Origin: Novosphingobium sp.
Lineage (GTDB): Bacteria; Pseudomonadota; Alphaproteobacteria; Sphingomonadales; Sphingomonadaceae
Assembly (NCBI GenBank): GCA_031428495.1
Contig: JANPPM010000215.1
Span: forward strand, 640-64,639
Length of the DNA: 64,000 nucleotides
Direction: 5' to 3'
The notes below the pieces were generated by a model. It was not told the origin of the DNA. It saw only the letters and a program-made list of their open reading frames with translations, and did not search any database. The first letter of the stretch is position 1. Each line of letters opens with the position of its first letter. Position numbers and translations under genes: made by a program. Positions 10,959-20,446 of the stretch are shown here, piece by piece.

Positions 10959-12290
10959 ATGGACAGCTCGCGCGCACTCGTACCGGTTATGCCATCACCG
11001 TTGGCACTGTCTGGCCCCAAGGCTTGGCAGCGGCAACGCGCGAGCATGGCTGCGCTCGTCCTGACGCTTGCAGTGTTCGTAGCAGGCGGCTTGCTGGTGC
11101 CAATCGGCGGTGCGGTGATCGGATCGGGTAGTGTAGGCAGCACCATGCGCGACTGGCAGGTTGCCCACCCCACCGGCGGTGTCATCGCCGAGGTGCTGGC
11201 CACGCCGGGGCAGCAGGTTCGCAAGGGCGAAGTGCTGTTGCGCTTCGACGATGCAATTTCGCGCACCGACGCCGCTGCATCCAGCCTCAACCTTGAGCAA
11301 CTGCTCGCCCACCGCGCAAGGCTTGAGGCTGAACAAGCCGGAATGCCCTCGATCCTGTTTCCCGCTGCGCTGCGCCCGGACGAGCCGCAGGCGCGCCGTG
11401 CCATCGAAGCCGAGCAAGGCCTGTTCCGCAGCCGCCTTGCCGAGCAGCAAGGCATTTCCGCGCAACTGCGCGCCCGGTCAGCGCAGTACGAGCAGCAGAT
11501 CCGCGGGATCGAGGCACAAATCGCGGCAGTCGAGGCGCAACGCCGCCTAATCGTTCCCGAACTTGAAGGCCTGCGCCAGTTACGTGAAAAGGGGTTGGTG
11601 ACCATCGGGCGGCTTAACCAGGCCGAGCGTTCCGCAGAGGATCTGCGCGGATCGGTCGGCGCACTGCAGGCCAGCATTGCCCAGGCGCGCGTCGGCATTG
11701 CCGAGATGCGCGAGCGCTCGATCCAGCTGACCCAGACCGCGCGGGTCGAGGCTGGGCGCGAACTGTCCGAAGTCAATCAGACGCTGAGCCAACAGCAGGT
11801 GCGCAGCATCGCCGCCGAGATTGCGCAGGATCGCGCCAGTTTGCGTGCGCCACATGATGGCGTGGTCGACAAGCTCATGGCGACTTCTCCGGGCGCGGTA
11901 GTACGTCCCGCTGAAGCAATTATGGAAGTTGTGCCTGACACCGATCTTGCCGTGATCGAGGGCATGGTGCAGCCCGGTGATGTTACCCGCCTGCGAACTG
12001 GGCAGGCGGTCCGCGTGCGCTTTACCGGGCTTGTCGGCGCGGCGAGCCCTGAAGTGACGGGCCGTCTGCAATTCGTTGCAGCAAACAAATCGAGCGATGC
12101 GCAGGGGCTGACGAACTTTTATCCGGTTCGTATTGCACTCGCCGCAGAAGATCTTGCCAAGCAACCCGGGCTTCGCCTGCGCGCGGGCATGCCGGCAGAA
12201 TTCTTCATCACCACTGGCGAGCGCAGCTTGCTGTCATACCTGACCAAGCCGCTGCGCGATCAGTTCGCCCGCGCCTTCCGGGACGATTAG
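10959..12290 (+). CDS. Type I secretion membrane fusion protein (HlyD/PrtE family)
   Basis: N-terminal TM, HPTGGVI..V, coiled coil, LRAP.DGVV, GMPAEFFI.TGERSLLSYL.KPL. Confidence 0.93.
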   Translation: MDSSRALVPVMPSPLALSGPKAWQRQRASMAALVLTLAVFVAGGLLVPIGGAVIGSGSVGSTMRDWQVAHPTGGVIAEVLATPGQQVRKGEVLLRFDDAISRTDAAASSLNLEQLLAHRARLEAEQAGMPSILFPAALRPDEPQARRAIEAEQGLFRSRLAEQQGISAQLRARSAQYEQQIRGIEAQIAAVEAQRRLIVPELEGLRQLREKGLVTIGRLNQAERSAEDLRGSVGALQASIAQARVGIAEMRERSIQLTQTARVEAGRELSEVNQTLSQQQVRSIAAEIAQDRASLRAPHDGVVDKLMATSPGAVVRPAEAIMEVVPDTDLAVIEGMVQPGDVTRLRTGQAVRVRFTGLVGAASPEVTGRLQFVAANKSSDAQGLTNFYPVRIALAAEDLAKQPGLRLRAGMPAEFFITTGERSLLSYLTKPLRDQFARAFRDD

Positions 12291-12291
12291 C

Positions 12292-13224
12292 TCAGGCCGG
12301 AACTTTTGTTTCCTGATCAATGCCCAGCAGCCGGAACGCCATAGCCCGCACCTCTTCGGCCATATCAGGACGTTCCAGAGCCAGAGCCAGAGTCGCCTCG
12401 ACGAAGCCCGCTTTTGAGCCGCAATCAAAGCGGCGACCGTTGAAAGTGACCGCGTGGAATGCCTGCTGGCCAATCATCCGCGCCATGGCATCGGTCAGCT
12501 GGATTTCGCCGCCCGCGCCTTTTTCCTGATTTTCCAGCGTGCGCATCACCTCGGGCTGGAGGATGTAGCGCCCGGAAATGATCAGGTTCGACGGCGCGTC
12601 TTCGACCTTGGGCTTTTCCACCAGACCCAGAACTTCGGTCAGAGCGCCTTTGCTCGCACCCGGTGTGATTACGCCATAGCTTGATACTTCCTCGCGCGGC
12701 ACTTCGAGCACGCTAATCAGGTTGCCGCCGGTCTCCTCATAGGCTTCGAGCATCTGTTTCATACAGCCGCCCGATTCCGCGTTTTTGCCGACCATCAACT
12801 CGTCAGGCAGGAATACCGCGAACGGTTCATCGCCGACGATTGCGCGGGCGCACCAGATCGCATGGCCCAGCCCCATCGGCACCTGCTGGCGCACGGTGAC
12901 CAGATTGCCCGGACGAATCCAGGTTGCCTCAAGCGCGGCCAGTTCCTTGTCGCGCTCGCGCATTGTCGCTTCAAGCTCATAGGCGTGGTCAAAGTGTTCG
13001 ACCATCGCGGTCTTGCCGCGCCCGGTGACGAAGATCATCTGCTCGATCCCCGCCTCGCGCGCTTCATCGACGGCATATTGCAGCAAGGGCCGGTCGATGA
13101 TCGGCAGCATTTCCTTGGGGATCGCCTTGGTGGCAGGCAAGAAGCGCGTGCCAAGGCCTGCGACAGGGAATACGGCCTTGCGGACCGGTTTGCGTGAAGA
13201 GAGCATCAGCATGACGAACCTCAT
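12292..13224 (-). CDS. galU: UTP--glucose-1-phosphate uridylyltransferase
   Basis: KAVFPVAGLGTRFLPATKAIPKEMLP, GLGHA, VEKP, GEIQLTDA; the true start may be 13212 or 13206. Confidence 0.95.
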   Translation of the reverse strand: MRFVMLMLSSRKPVRKAVFPVAGLGTRFLPATKAIPKEMLPIIDRPLLQYAVDEAREAGIEQMIFVTGRGKTAMVEHFDHAYELEATMRERDKELAALEATWIRPGNLVTVRQQVPMGLGHAIWCARAIVGDEPFAVFLPDELMVGKNAESGGCMKQMLEAYEETGGNLISVLEVPREEVSSYGVITPGASKGALTEVLGLVEKPKVEDAPSNLIISGRYILQPEVMRTLENQEKGAGGEIQLTDAMARMIGQQAFHAVTFNGRRFDCGSKAGFVEATLALALERPDMAEEVRAMAFRLLGIDQETKVPA

Positions 13225-13269
13225 AGTCAGAGTAATGAACGGTGCCGGTCCCCAGAGGCCGCACCGTGC

Positions 13270-14583
13270 CTAACCAGCCACTTCTCCAGCCTTTACCCCA
13301 GCCGCGCTTGCGGGCTCGGTTCCGGGTATGCATTCGCTCGCGCGCGACCGGGTTATCCGGCCACAGTTCCAATAGGCGCGCGCCACCGCAGCGTCGTAAT
13401 AGAAGCTAGCGCGTTTCGCCGCGCCAACTGGTAGCGGCAGCGCCTTTGGCAGCGCTTCGCCCGGCAAGTAACCAAGCACCGTGCAATGCGCCCGGCCCCG
13501 GCACAATTCGAGCGAGGCCATGGCATGGTCGCCGGAAAAGCGCCCCTGCGGCAATTGCAGGATGAACACCCCGGTATCGGTATCCGCCAGCTTGACTGTT
13601 GCCCCGCGCAGATTGACTCCGGCAATCGCCACTGAGCGTGTCGAGTCCGGTTCAGCGGCGGCAGCGGCCTGTGCGGCGGCGAGTTCCTGCCCCGAGATGT
13701 CCGACTCGCCGATGGGCATGTCTGGAGAGGCGAGCGATGTGCCTACAAGCCGCACGGCAAGTTTTGCCTCGACCACTTCGCGCACGCCTTTGGGCGGATT
13801 GACCATCGCGCGCGCCGTGCCCCAGCCACCGCGCCAGCGGAAGAACAGGTGGGTGCCAACTTTGGCGATCTTGTCGAGCTTGGCGCTCCAGTAGGGCACC
13901 ACCCAATCGGTGTGGTAATGGGTTGCAAGGCCGACACGCGGATCTATCGCGCCCGCGAGCATCGCCTCAGCAGTCGTCCGCGCCCGGGTCCATGCGGCAT
14001 CGGACCATGTGCGCTTCAGCGCGCCATCGCAGGTAAAGGTAAACTGACAGCCGGTTGACCGGTTCGAGCCCTGAAACACGACGCCGCAGACGCTTTTGGG
14101 AAAGGCCGGGTGACGCACCCGGTTGAGCACCACTTGCGCGACGGCAAGCTGCCCGCCTGGGTCATCGCCCGCTTCATAAAGGACTGCTGAGGCGAGGCAG
14201 GCTGTCGCAGCCTGACGATCAAGTGGGCCACCCGCAAACCGGAACGGCGCGGCCGGAGCAATCTCGCCAGTTGCATAGGCAATGCTGGCATTGGTCGCGC
14301 GTGCGGCGTCCAAAGGCACTGGCTTGAACACAAGCGCCTCGACAACCGGAACACGGCCTGTCGGCGCGTTTAACGCAACGGTGCCTGCGGGCTTCGCGGC
14401 TGACACCGAAGGGCCCGGCGTGATCGCTACGATCACTGCGGCGACGGTGAGGGCAAAAGTTCCCAGGACCAGCCAAGGCGCGTGCGCGCGAAGCTTATCC
14501 CGCATGGGTTGCGGTATTTCTGCGAGCCAGCCGACCGGAGAAGCGGGGCCGTCTGGCATCGGCAAAGCGGGTTGGGCCGACAT
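13270..14583 (-). CDS. Cell-wall hydrolase (SleB/Hydrolase_2 family), membrane-anchored
   Basis: CLASAVLYEA, AVAQVVLNRVRHPAFPKSVCGVVFQG, CQFTFTCDG, ATHYHTDWVVPYW, HLFFRW. Confidence 0.88.
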   Translation of the reverse strand: MSAQPALPMPDGPASPVGWLAEIPQPMRDKLRAHAPWLVLGTFALTVAAVIVAITPGPSVSAAKPAGTVALNAPTGRVPVVEALVFKPVPLDAARATNASIAYATGEIAPAAPFRFAGGPLDRQAATACLASAVLYEAGDDPGGQLAVAQVVLNRVRHPAFPKSVCGVVFQGSNRSTGCQFTFTCDGALKRTWSDAAWTRARTTAEAMLAGAIDPRVGLATHYHTDWVVPYWSAKLDKIAKVGTHLFFRWRGGWGTARAMVNPPKGVREVVEAKLAVRLVGTSLASPDMPIGESDISGQELAAAQAAAAAEPDSTRSVAIAGVNLRGATVKLADTDTGVFILQLPQGRFSGDHAMASLELCRGRAHCTVLGYLPGEALPKALPLPVGAAKRASFYYDAAVARAYWNCGRITRSRASECIPGTEPASAAGVKAGEVAG

Positions 14584-14586
14584 GCG

Positions 14587-15297
14587 CTAGCAGGAGCCCC
14601 GCGCCATCAGCACGGCCGGTATCGTGCGATGGAGGATAGACAGGTAAAGCCCGGTTGAATGGTTGCGCACAAATAGCACATCGAGCGCCACACGCCGCCG
14701 GTAGGTCGTCTCGCTGCGTCCGCTGACCTGCCACAGCCCAGTGATGCCCGGCTGTACGCAGCAATAGTCATGGATGTAGTGACCATAGCGCCACTTCTCC
14801 TCGATTGTGATAGGACGGGGGCCGACCAGGCTCATCTCGCCGCGTATAACGTTTATCAGCTGGGGAAGTTCATCAAGGCTGCTTTTGCGCAGAAAACTGC
14901 CGAGCGGGGTGATGCGCGGATCGTGCAGCAATTTATGATCGCGCGCCCACTCGCGGCGGGCCTGAGGATCGGAGGCAAGCAGCAATTCCAGCCGTTCCTG
15001 CGCATCAGTCGCCATCGAGCGGAACTTGAGACAGGGGAACAGGACTCCGTTGCGCCCGATGCGGCGGTGCGCGAAGATTATCGGGCCGGGATCGGTAATA
15101 TAGATTGCCAGCGCAATCAGCAGCAACAGCGGGGTCATGAAGGCGAGGAGCAAGACTGCCAGCACCAGATCGAGCATGCGGGTTGCCAGCAGGCAAGGCT
15201 CGCTGTCTTTGGACGCAATTGCTTGCTGCGCCTCGAACTTTACGGGCCCCAGTACATTTGCCGCCTTACTGAATCTCACCTGTCGAAAGTCGGACAT
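14587..15297 (-). CDS. Priming (phospho)glycosyltransferase, bacterial sugar transferase family
   Basis: [49 protein letters not shown]. Confidence 0.93.
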   Translation of the reverse strand: MSDFRQVRFSKAANVLGPVKFEAQQAIASKDSEPCLLATRMLDLVLAVLLLAFMTPLLLLIALAIYITDPGPIIFAHRRIGRNGVLFPCLKFRSMATDAQERLELLLASDPQARREWARDHKLLHDPRITPLGSFLRKSSLDELPQLINVIRGEMSLVGPRPITIEEKWRYGHYIHDYCCVQPGITGLWQVSGRSETTYRRRVALDVLFVRNHSTGLYLSILHRTIPAVLMARGSC

Positions 15298-15384
15298 TAG
15301 CCTGCCTATTTCGCTGGGAATCGCGTGATGTCCGGGTCAACGAACATCCGTGAAACGCTACCTGACGTCAGCCTAACTCGATTT

Positions 15385-15396
15385 TGCTGCATTGCA
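15385..15396 (-). promoter_or_regulatory. PhaR/AniA-like box TGCAATGCAGCA
   Basis: Exact consensus match upstream of the priming transferase operon. Confidence 0.6.
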
Positions 15397-15497
15397 AGAT
15401 AGTTTGGCGAAACAGATGTCCCAGATGGCTTCTAAATTTCCTTAAAACCTTCGCAAATCTGTCATATTTGACGATGGTTTTTGGATCTTAGACCTTA

Positions 15498-15509
15498 TGC
15501 TGCGTCGCA
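15498..15509 (-). promoter_or_regulatory. PhaR/AniA-like box TGCGACGCAGCA
   Basis: Second exact match in the same intergenic region. Confidence 0.55.
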
Positions 15510-15518
15510 ACACAAAAG

Positions 15519-17561
15519 TCAGCGAACAGGCGAAACGAGTGTCGGTCTGCCGAAGGTCTGGCTGAACAGTGGGATCAGACGCTGGCTCCCGAAAAGCGAG
15601 GGGTGATTCGAATCATAATAAAGCGGCCGCTGGCCATCCGACGCCGCGCACACCCCCTTGTCACAGAACGCAGGCAACGGGTCGATCAGCTGTGCGTTGC
15701 AAGTCTGGGCAGCCTGCCGCATTCCCTCCACCAGTGGTTCGCGCTCGGCTAGGTATTGCGACAAAGCTTGCCCAACCACGGCCTGTTCGTCGCCGGCCAT
15801 GATCTTGCGCGTTAGCGAACGCGGGACGCTCGTCGAATATTGTGGAAGCGGCAGCATCAGATAAGTTGGATGATTGCGCGATATGGCACAGACCGTGCGG
15901 GTAAGACGCTGGCGCCAGCCATTGATCGAGATCGGTTCAGGCTTCCCGTCCGGGCCGATGTAATGGGTCCGCATCGAATCCAGCCCAAGATACCAGTAAT
16001 TGGCAATCAACACCGGAACGCCGCGCTGGCTTCCTGTCAGCAGCGGATCGAGATAGGCCCGCTTGAACGGCTCGCAGATTGCGTCACGATTGCTCGCGCG
16101 GGTATCGACCAGGGTCGGGCAGCCGCTCGCCCCTGCGTAAAGCACGCTGCCGCCAGTCGTTTCGACCGATTCGACAAGCGAATCGAGAATGGCAGCCGAG
16201 TGGCTGTCTCCAATGAGAATGAGCGAGGGATCGCCCACGGGATTGCCGAAGCGGCATTGCGGCATCAGCTGTTCGCGGTAGCTGAAGCAGCGGTCGACCT
16301 TGTCCGACATGTCATGGAAGCCAGCATCGGCGAGGCGCGCCGCCGGGCTCACGCGCAAAGCCGCGCCATCTGATTGCCAAAGCAACGCGCCCGCAACCGC
16401 AACGACGCCGAGCGCAACAACAAGGCCCGGTCCGGCAACGGCAGGTGCGCGCGAGAGGACGAAGCGCGAACGCTCGATGAGAAGGTAGGAAAGCGCACCG
16501 GCGGCGATCGCGCCACCGGCTGCTGCAGCAATGTCTGCGGCTCCGGGAGGTTGATCTCCGAGAAACAGGAAGCAAGCGATCGGCCAGTGCCACAGGTAGA
16601 TCGAATAGGACCAGCGCCCCGTCGTGCGAAGCAGGACATTGTCGACCAGAGCACTGCGCGAATTGGCCCAGACAATTGCAACCGCCCCTGCCACGGGGAT
16701 CAGGGTCCGCCAGCCGGGCCAGGGCGAGTTGGCATCGAAAACGAAGCCTGACGCTATGATCAGGGCAACTCCCGTCACCGCAAGAATGGTGCGCGTGGCG
16801 GAACCAGCAGGCGGGCGGGCAAAAACCACCAGCCCACCAGCCAAAAGCTCCCACATTCTGGCGGGCAACAGGAAGAATCCCGAGATCGGATCAACCGCCG
16901 CCTGGATATTGGCCAGCACGAACGAAAGAGCTGCAATGCCGAAAATCACCGCGAACAGCGAGACCTTTGGCAGCAAGCGCCGCGCTGCGATCAGCAAGAG
17001 CGGATAGATCACATAGAACTGGAATTCGACACCGAGCGACCAGGTGTTGAGCAGCAGCTTTTCCTCTGCCGCCGGATCGAAATAGCTGCTCTGCATCCAG
17101 AACAGGAAGTTCGACAGGAAGCTGGCGCTCGCCGCAGTTTGCGAGCCGAGGCGTGAATAGTCTGACGGCGGCAAGGTGAAATAGCCATAGACCATCAGGA
17201 ACAGGCACAGCGCCAACAGCGCCGGTGCCACGCGCGTCAGCCGTTTGACGTAGAACTGGACCAGCGAGAAGCGGCCACTTTCCAACCCCTGAGTGATGAT
17301 CAGCGTCATCAGATAGCCGGATATGACGAAAAACACGTCGACCCCGGCAAAGCCGCCGTTGAACCCTGGCGTGCGGAAGTGGAACAAGAGGACGCAGATC
17401 ACTGCAATGCCGCGCAGGCCTTCTATGTCAGGTCTGAAGCCTTGCGCGCTCACGGCAGTACCCGCCGCAGGTATGGATGCTGCCTTGCCTTCGGCTCCGC
17501 CCATTCCGGACCAGCCAGTGAAGCGTCTGCGCTCCATTGGAGGCGAGTCCGTCGCGCTCAT
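15519..17561 (-). CDS. Acyltransferase-3 + SGNH fusion O-acyltransferase (OafA/OatA-like)
   Basis: FRPDIEGLRGIAV, GVDVFFVISGYL, WSLGVEFQFY, SYSIYLWHWP; SGNH motifs GDSHS and DSNH. Confidence 0.9.
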   Translation of the reverse strand: MSATDSPPMERRRFTGWSGMGGAEGKAASIPAAGTAVSAQGFRPDIEGLRGIAVICVLLFHFRTPGFNGGFAGVDVFFVISGYLMTLIITQGLESGRFSLVQFYVKRLTRVAPALLALCLFLMVYGYFTLPPSDYSRLGSQTAASASFLSNFLFWMQSSYFDPAAEEKLLLNTWSLGVEFQFYVIYPLLLIAARRLLPKVSLFAVIFGIAALSFVLANIQAAVDPISGFFLLPARMWELLAGGLVVFARPPAGSATRTILAVTGVALIIASGFVFDANSPWPGWRTLIPVAGAVAIVWANSRSALVDNVLLRTTGRWSYSIYLWHWPIACFLFLGDQPPGAADIAAAAGGAIAAGALSYLLIERSRFVLSRAPAVAGPGLVVALGVVAVAGALLWQSDGAALRVSPAARLADAGFHDMSDKVDRCFSYREQLMPQCRFGNPVGDPSLILIGDSHSAAILDSLVESVETTGGSVLYAGASGCPTLVDTRASNRDAICEPFKRAYLDPLLTGSQRGVPVLIANYWYLGLDSMRTHYIGPDGKPEPISINGWRQRLTRTVCAISRNHPTYLMLPLPQYSTSVPRSLTRKIMAGDEQAVVGQALSQYLAEREPLVEGMRQAAQTCNAQLIDPLPAFCDKGVCAASDGQRPLYYDSNHPSLFGSQRLIPLFSQTFGRPTLVSPVR

Positions 17562-17574
17562 GAGCAAGACGCGA

Positions 17575-18696
17575 TCATTGGAGCCCTGCCCAGCGAGCAA
17601 TCCGCCACTGGCCTGTAATAGACCGGATCGCCAGCCCCACAGCGATCCCTATCGCAGCAAGGATTGGCGCGAGCACCAGAGGATCGGTCGGGCCGAAAAA
17701 CTGCTGGATGGCGATCCGGGTCCCGGCGATGACTATGACATGGGTGAGATAGATCGCCATCGAGGCCTCGCCGAGCCGGACGGCGAAGGCCATAAGTGGC
17801 TGAGGAAACCGGGCGGCGACGGCGATTGTCAGCATAGTCCCCAATACCGCGGCCGGGATAGCCGCAGCGCCCCAGCCCGAACCGGCAAGGGTCGGCGAAC
17901 TGGGGTCGGCCATGCCCGCCAGCAGCGGAACGAACAAGAACTGGTACGCAAGTATAACTGACAGAGCCGCCGCGATGGCCAGGCTGACAAGCGACCAGCG
18001 GCGCAGCCGGGTAAGCACGCCGATCGCCGGGGCACCAAGAGCAAGCCCGGCGGCAAAATAAACGCCGAAGACCATAACTTGACCCAGCGGCCCCGGTCCG
18101 GGGACAAAACAGGCGACAACACGCAGGATAACCGCCGCGCCAAGCAGTATCCACACCCCGTGGCGCGGTGCGAATGACAGTGTGATCAGGCTGATCAACT
18201 GCAGCAGCGCTAGGACATAGAGGAACCAGAATTGGGAAACCGGCTGCCACGGCAACGCGGCGATGGTCGGCCAGTATGAATCGACAGGCGAGTTAACCAG
18301 CGATCCTGCACAATAGATCAGGGTGAACTGGACCGTCGACCACAGCACATAAGGCACCGCAATGCGGGTCCAGATCGATTCGAAAAACCGCGCCTGTGAC
18401 CGCTCGATCCGCCTTTTGACCAGCGCCGCCGACAGGAAGAAAAACAGCGGCATATGAAACGTGTAGATCACGAAGAAGACTGATTGCAGGACAGGTAACG
18501 GGGGGCCTCCCGCAACATCCATCAGTCCGCCCATCGCGTGCCCCAGCGCGACGAGTACGATTCCGACACCTTTTGCTGCGTCGAGCCACGCAAGGCGTTC
18601 GGTTGGGCTTGCCGCTGCCGGGGCTTCGGGAGTTACCGCACCGCCAGACGCGGCGCCCATGTCGAGGCCCGGGGTGCTACCGGTCAAAGCCGTCAT
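17575..18696 (-). CDS. Acyltransferase family 3 protein
   Basis: RLAWLDAAKGVGIVLVALGH, FHMPLFFFLS, WFLYVL, SMAIYLTH. Confidence 0.9.
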   Translation of the reverse strand: MTALTGSTPGLDMGAASGGAVTPEAPAAASPTERLAWLDAAKGVGIVLVALGHAMGGLMDVAGGPPLPVLQSVFFVIYTFHMPLFFFLSAALVKRRIERSQARFFESIWTRIAVPYVLWSTVQFTLIYCAGSLVNSPVDSYWPTIAALPWQPVSQFWFLYVLALLQLISLITLSFAPRHGVWILLGAAVILRVVACFVPGPGPLGQVMVFGVYFAAGLALGAPAIGVLTRLRRWSLVSLAIAAALSVILAYQFLFVPLLAGMADPSSPTLAGSGWGAAAIPAAVLGTMLTIAVAARFPQPLMAFAVRLGEASMAIYLTHVIVIAGTRIAIQQFFGPTDPLVLAPILAAIGIAVGLAIRSITGQWRIARWAGLQ

Positions 18697-20165
18697 GCTG
18701 CCACCGCAGCGGTTAGTCCGGCAGGGCTGGGGCTCGGCGCTGGCCCGGCGACGGCGCGCGCAAAGCCAAGCAAGCTGTCGCGCATTGCGGGCGATCCAAG
18801 CACGAGCACGACATAGACTGTCATGCCGACCACCACTTCACTCACCGCGCGCAGCGGCGAATCAACAACCGAGGGCAAGTGCCCCGCGAGGGTTGCCGCC
18901 GCGACTGCGGCCGCTGCGGCGATCAAGGCGCGGCCTGCGAGCGGGGCATAGCCTGCCGGCCTAACATCAAGATAGGTTGATTGCCCCCGCAGCACCACGC
19001 CCAGCGAAATCAGGCTTGCGGCGAGCTGTGATGCAGCAGTCCACGCAGGTCCAAACGGAGCCGCTACGACCATCAGCAAAAGTGCGACAACAACGAATAT
19101 TGCCCGTTGCCGCGGCAACTGGTGGGTAGCGCCTGCAACACCAAAGGCCGCTTCGGAAAGCAGCGAGGGCAGCATGACCATCGCCGCACCAGCGAGCAGC
19201 GCGATGACTGGACCCGCTTGCGCCCACTGCGTGCCCAGCGCCAACACTGCCAGACCGCCGCCGGTCAGCGCCAGTAGCGCAAGCGGTCCGCTCAGCAGCA
19301 CGTAGGCGAGACCGATCATAGCTTCGACCCCGTGGCTGGTGCTCTGCCCTTGGGCTTTGGCGCGGGCGAGCATAGTCCAGCCAAGACTGCGGAGCGGATC
19401 GGCAATGACTGCATTGACCAGCGAGACTACCCGCAGCGAAATCCGGTAAACCCCCGCTGCCGCCGGGCTCAGCAGCGCGCCGAGCAACAGATCAGCGGAG
19501 TAATTCTGGAAATAGGACAGCACCCGGTCAACGATCAAAGAACGCCACAAGGTATAGATCTTTTGCGCTTCCTCGCGGTCAAAGCGCAAGCGAGGCCAGC
19601 GCCCGGCACAAATCAGCAGGACCGGGCCGCCCAAGGCCAACTGGACATATTTGGCCGCGACCAGCGCATAGACGCCCTGATCGGCCAGCAGTGCAGCGAC
19701 GCCCAGACCCAGCGCCAACGTTTCAATGGCGATGGTCGAAACGGCAAAACGGACGAGCCGCCCTTCGCCGATCATTGCCGCTTCGCCCGCGCTGCGCCAG
19801 CCAGCCGGTAGGGCTAGCGGCGCCAGCAACCAGACCATCGCCGCAATCGTCCAGGAACCATAAATGTAAAATGCCGCCACGCCGACCAGCATGCCGATTG
19901 CCGCCATTGCAAGCGCACTGAGCGAATTTATCAAAAGGCCGGTATCGTGCGCTGGCCCCGCCGCATGACAGCTGAGCACGCGTTCGTAACAGCCGACCCC
20001 AACCCATTGCGTGAGCATCATGGCCAATGCGGAAGCGACGGCGAATTCACCAAAGGCATCGATGTCGAGGTAGCGCCCCGCCGCAAGCAGGAGGACAACA
20101 GCTGCGACCTGGGACCAGCCCCTCGCTGCTACAGTTAGCGTCGATGCCAACGCCCCATGCGCCAT
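18693..20165 (-). CDS. Oligosaccharide flippase (Wzx-like)
   Basis: Many TM helices, FGEFA, D.LLG..L....G.Y pattern; start uncertain (ORF open to 20273). Confidence 0.8.
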   Translation of the reverse strand: MAHGALASTLTVAARGWSQVAAVVLLLAAGRYLDIDAFGEFAVASALAMMLTQWVGVGCYERVLSCHAAGPAHDTGLLINSLSALAMAAIGMLVGVAAFYIYGSWTIAAMVWLLAPLALPAGWRSAGEAAMIGEGRLVRFAVSTIAIETLALGLGVAALLADQGVYALVAAKYVQLALGGPVLLICAGRWPRLRFDREEAQKIYTLWRSLIVDRVLSYFQNYSADLLLGALLSPAAAGVYRISLRVVSLVNAVIADPLRSLGWTMLARAKAQGQSTSHGVEAMIGLAYVLLSGPLALLALTGGGLAVLALGTQWAQAGPVIALLAGAAMVMLPSLLSEAAFGVAGATHQLPRQRAIFVVVALLLMVVAAPFGPAWTAASQLAASLISLGVVLRGQSTYLDVRPAGYAPLAGRALIAAAAAVAAATLAGHLPSVVDSPLRAVSEVVVGMTVYVVLVLGSPAMRDSLLGFARAVAGPAPSPSPAGLTAAVAA

Positions 20166-20358
20166 TGGTCGCCCTGTGTGCTGCAAGTGCGAGACAATCT
20201 TCGCACCTGCGACATACTGCGTGATTCGCAATCCAATGGCTACCCCTGACGAAAACATTTTTGCGCGGGCCAATGCGCCATTTTTGCACGGTATTGAGGC
20301 ATTTCTTACGAACGTGCCTGAATTTGATGTTTTGCATTAGGCATTGCATCTGTCATAT

Positions 20359-20370
20359 TGCAGTGCAGTA
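20359..20370 (+). promoter_or_regulatory. PhaR-like box TGCAGTGCAGTA (1 mismatch)
   Basis: In the divergent flippase/wzc intergenic region. Confidence 0.5.
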
Positions 20371-20446
20371 TATCGATCTACACTTGGCAACGAAGCAGGC
20401 GTTCAACCAGCCTGTTCTACGCTGATCGGATAAATGGAGTTCGCGC

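Noticed and set aside
10001-11776. 591-aa minus-strand ORF
   Set aside because: Antisense shadow of the T1SS genes in GC-rich DNA; Ser/Arg/Ala-rich with no motifs.
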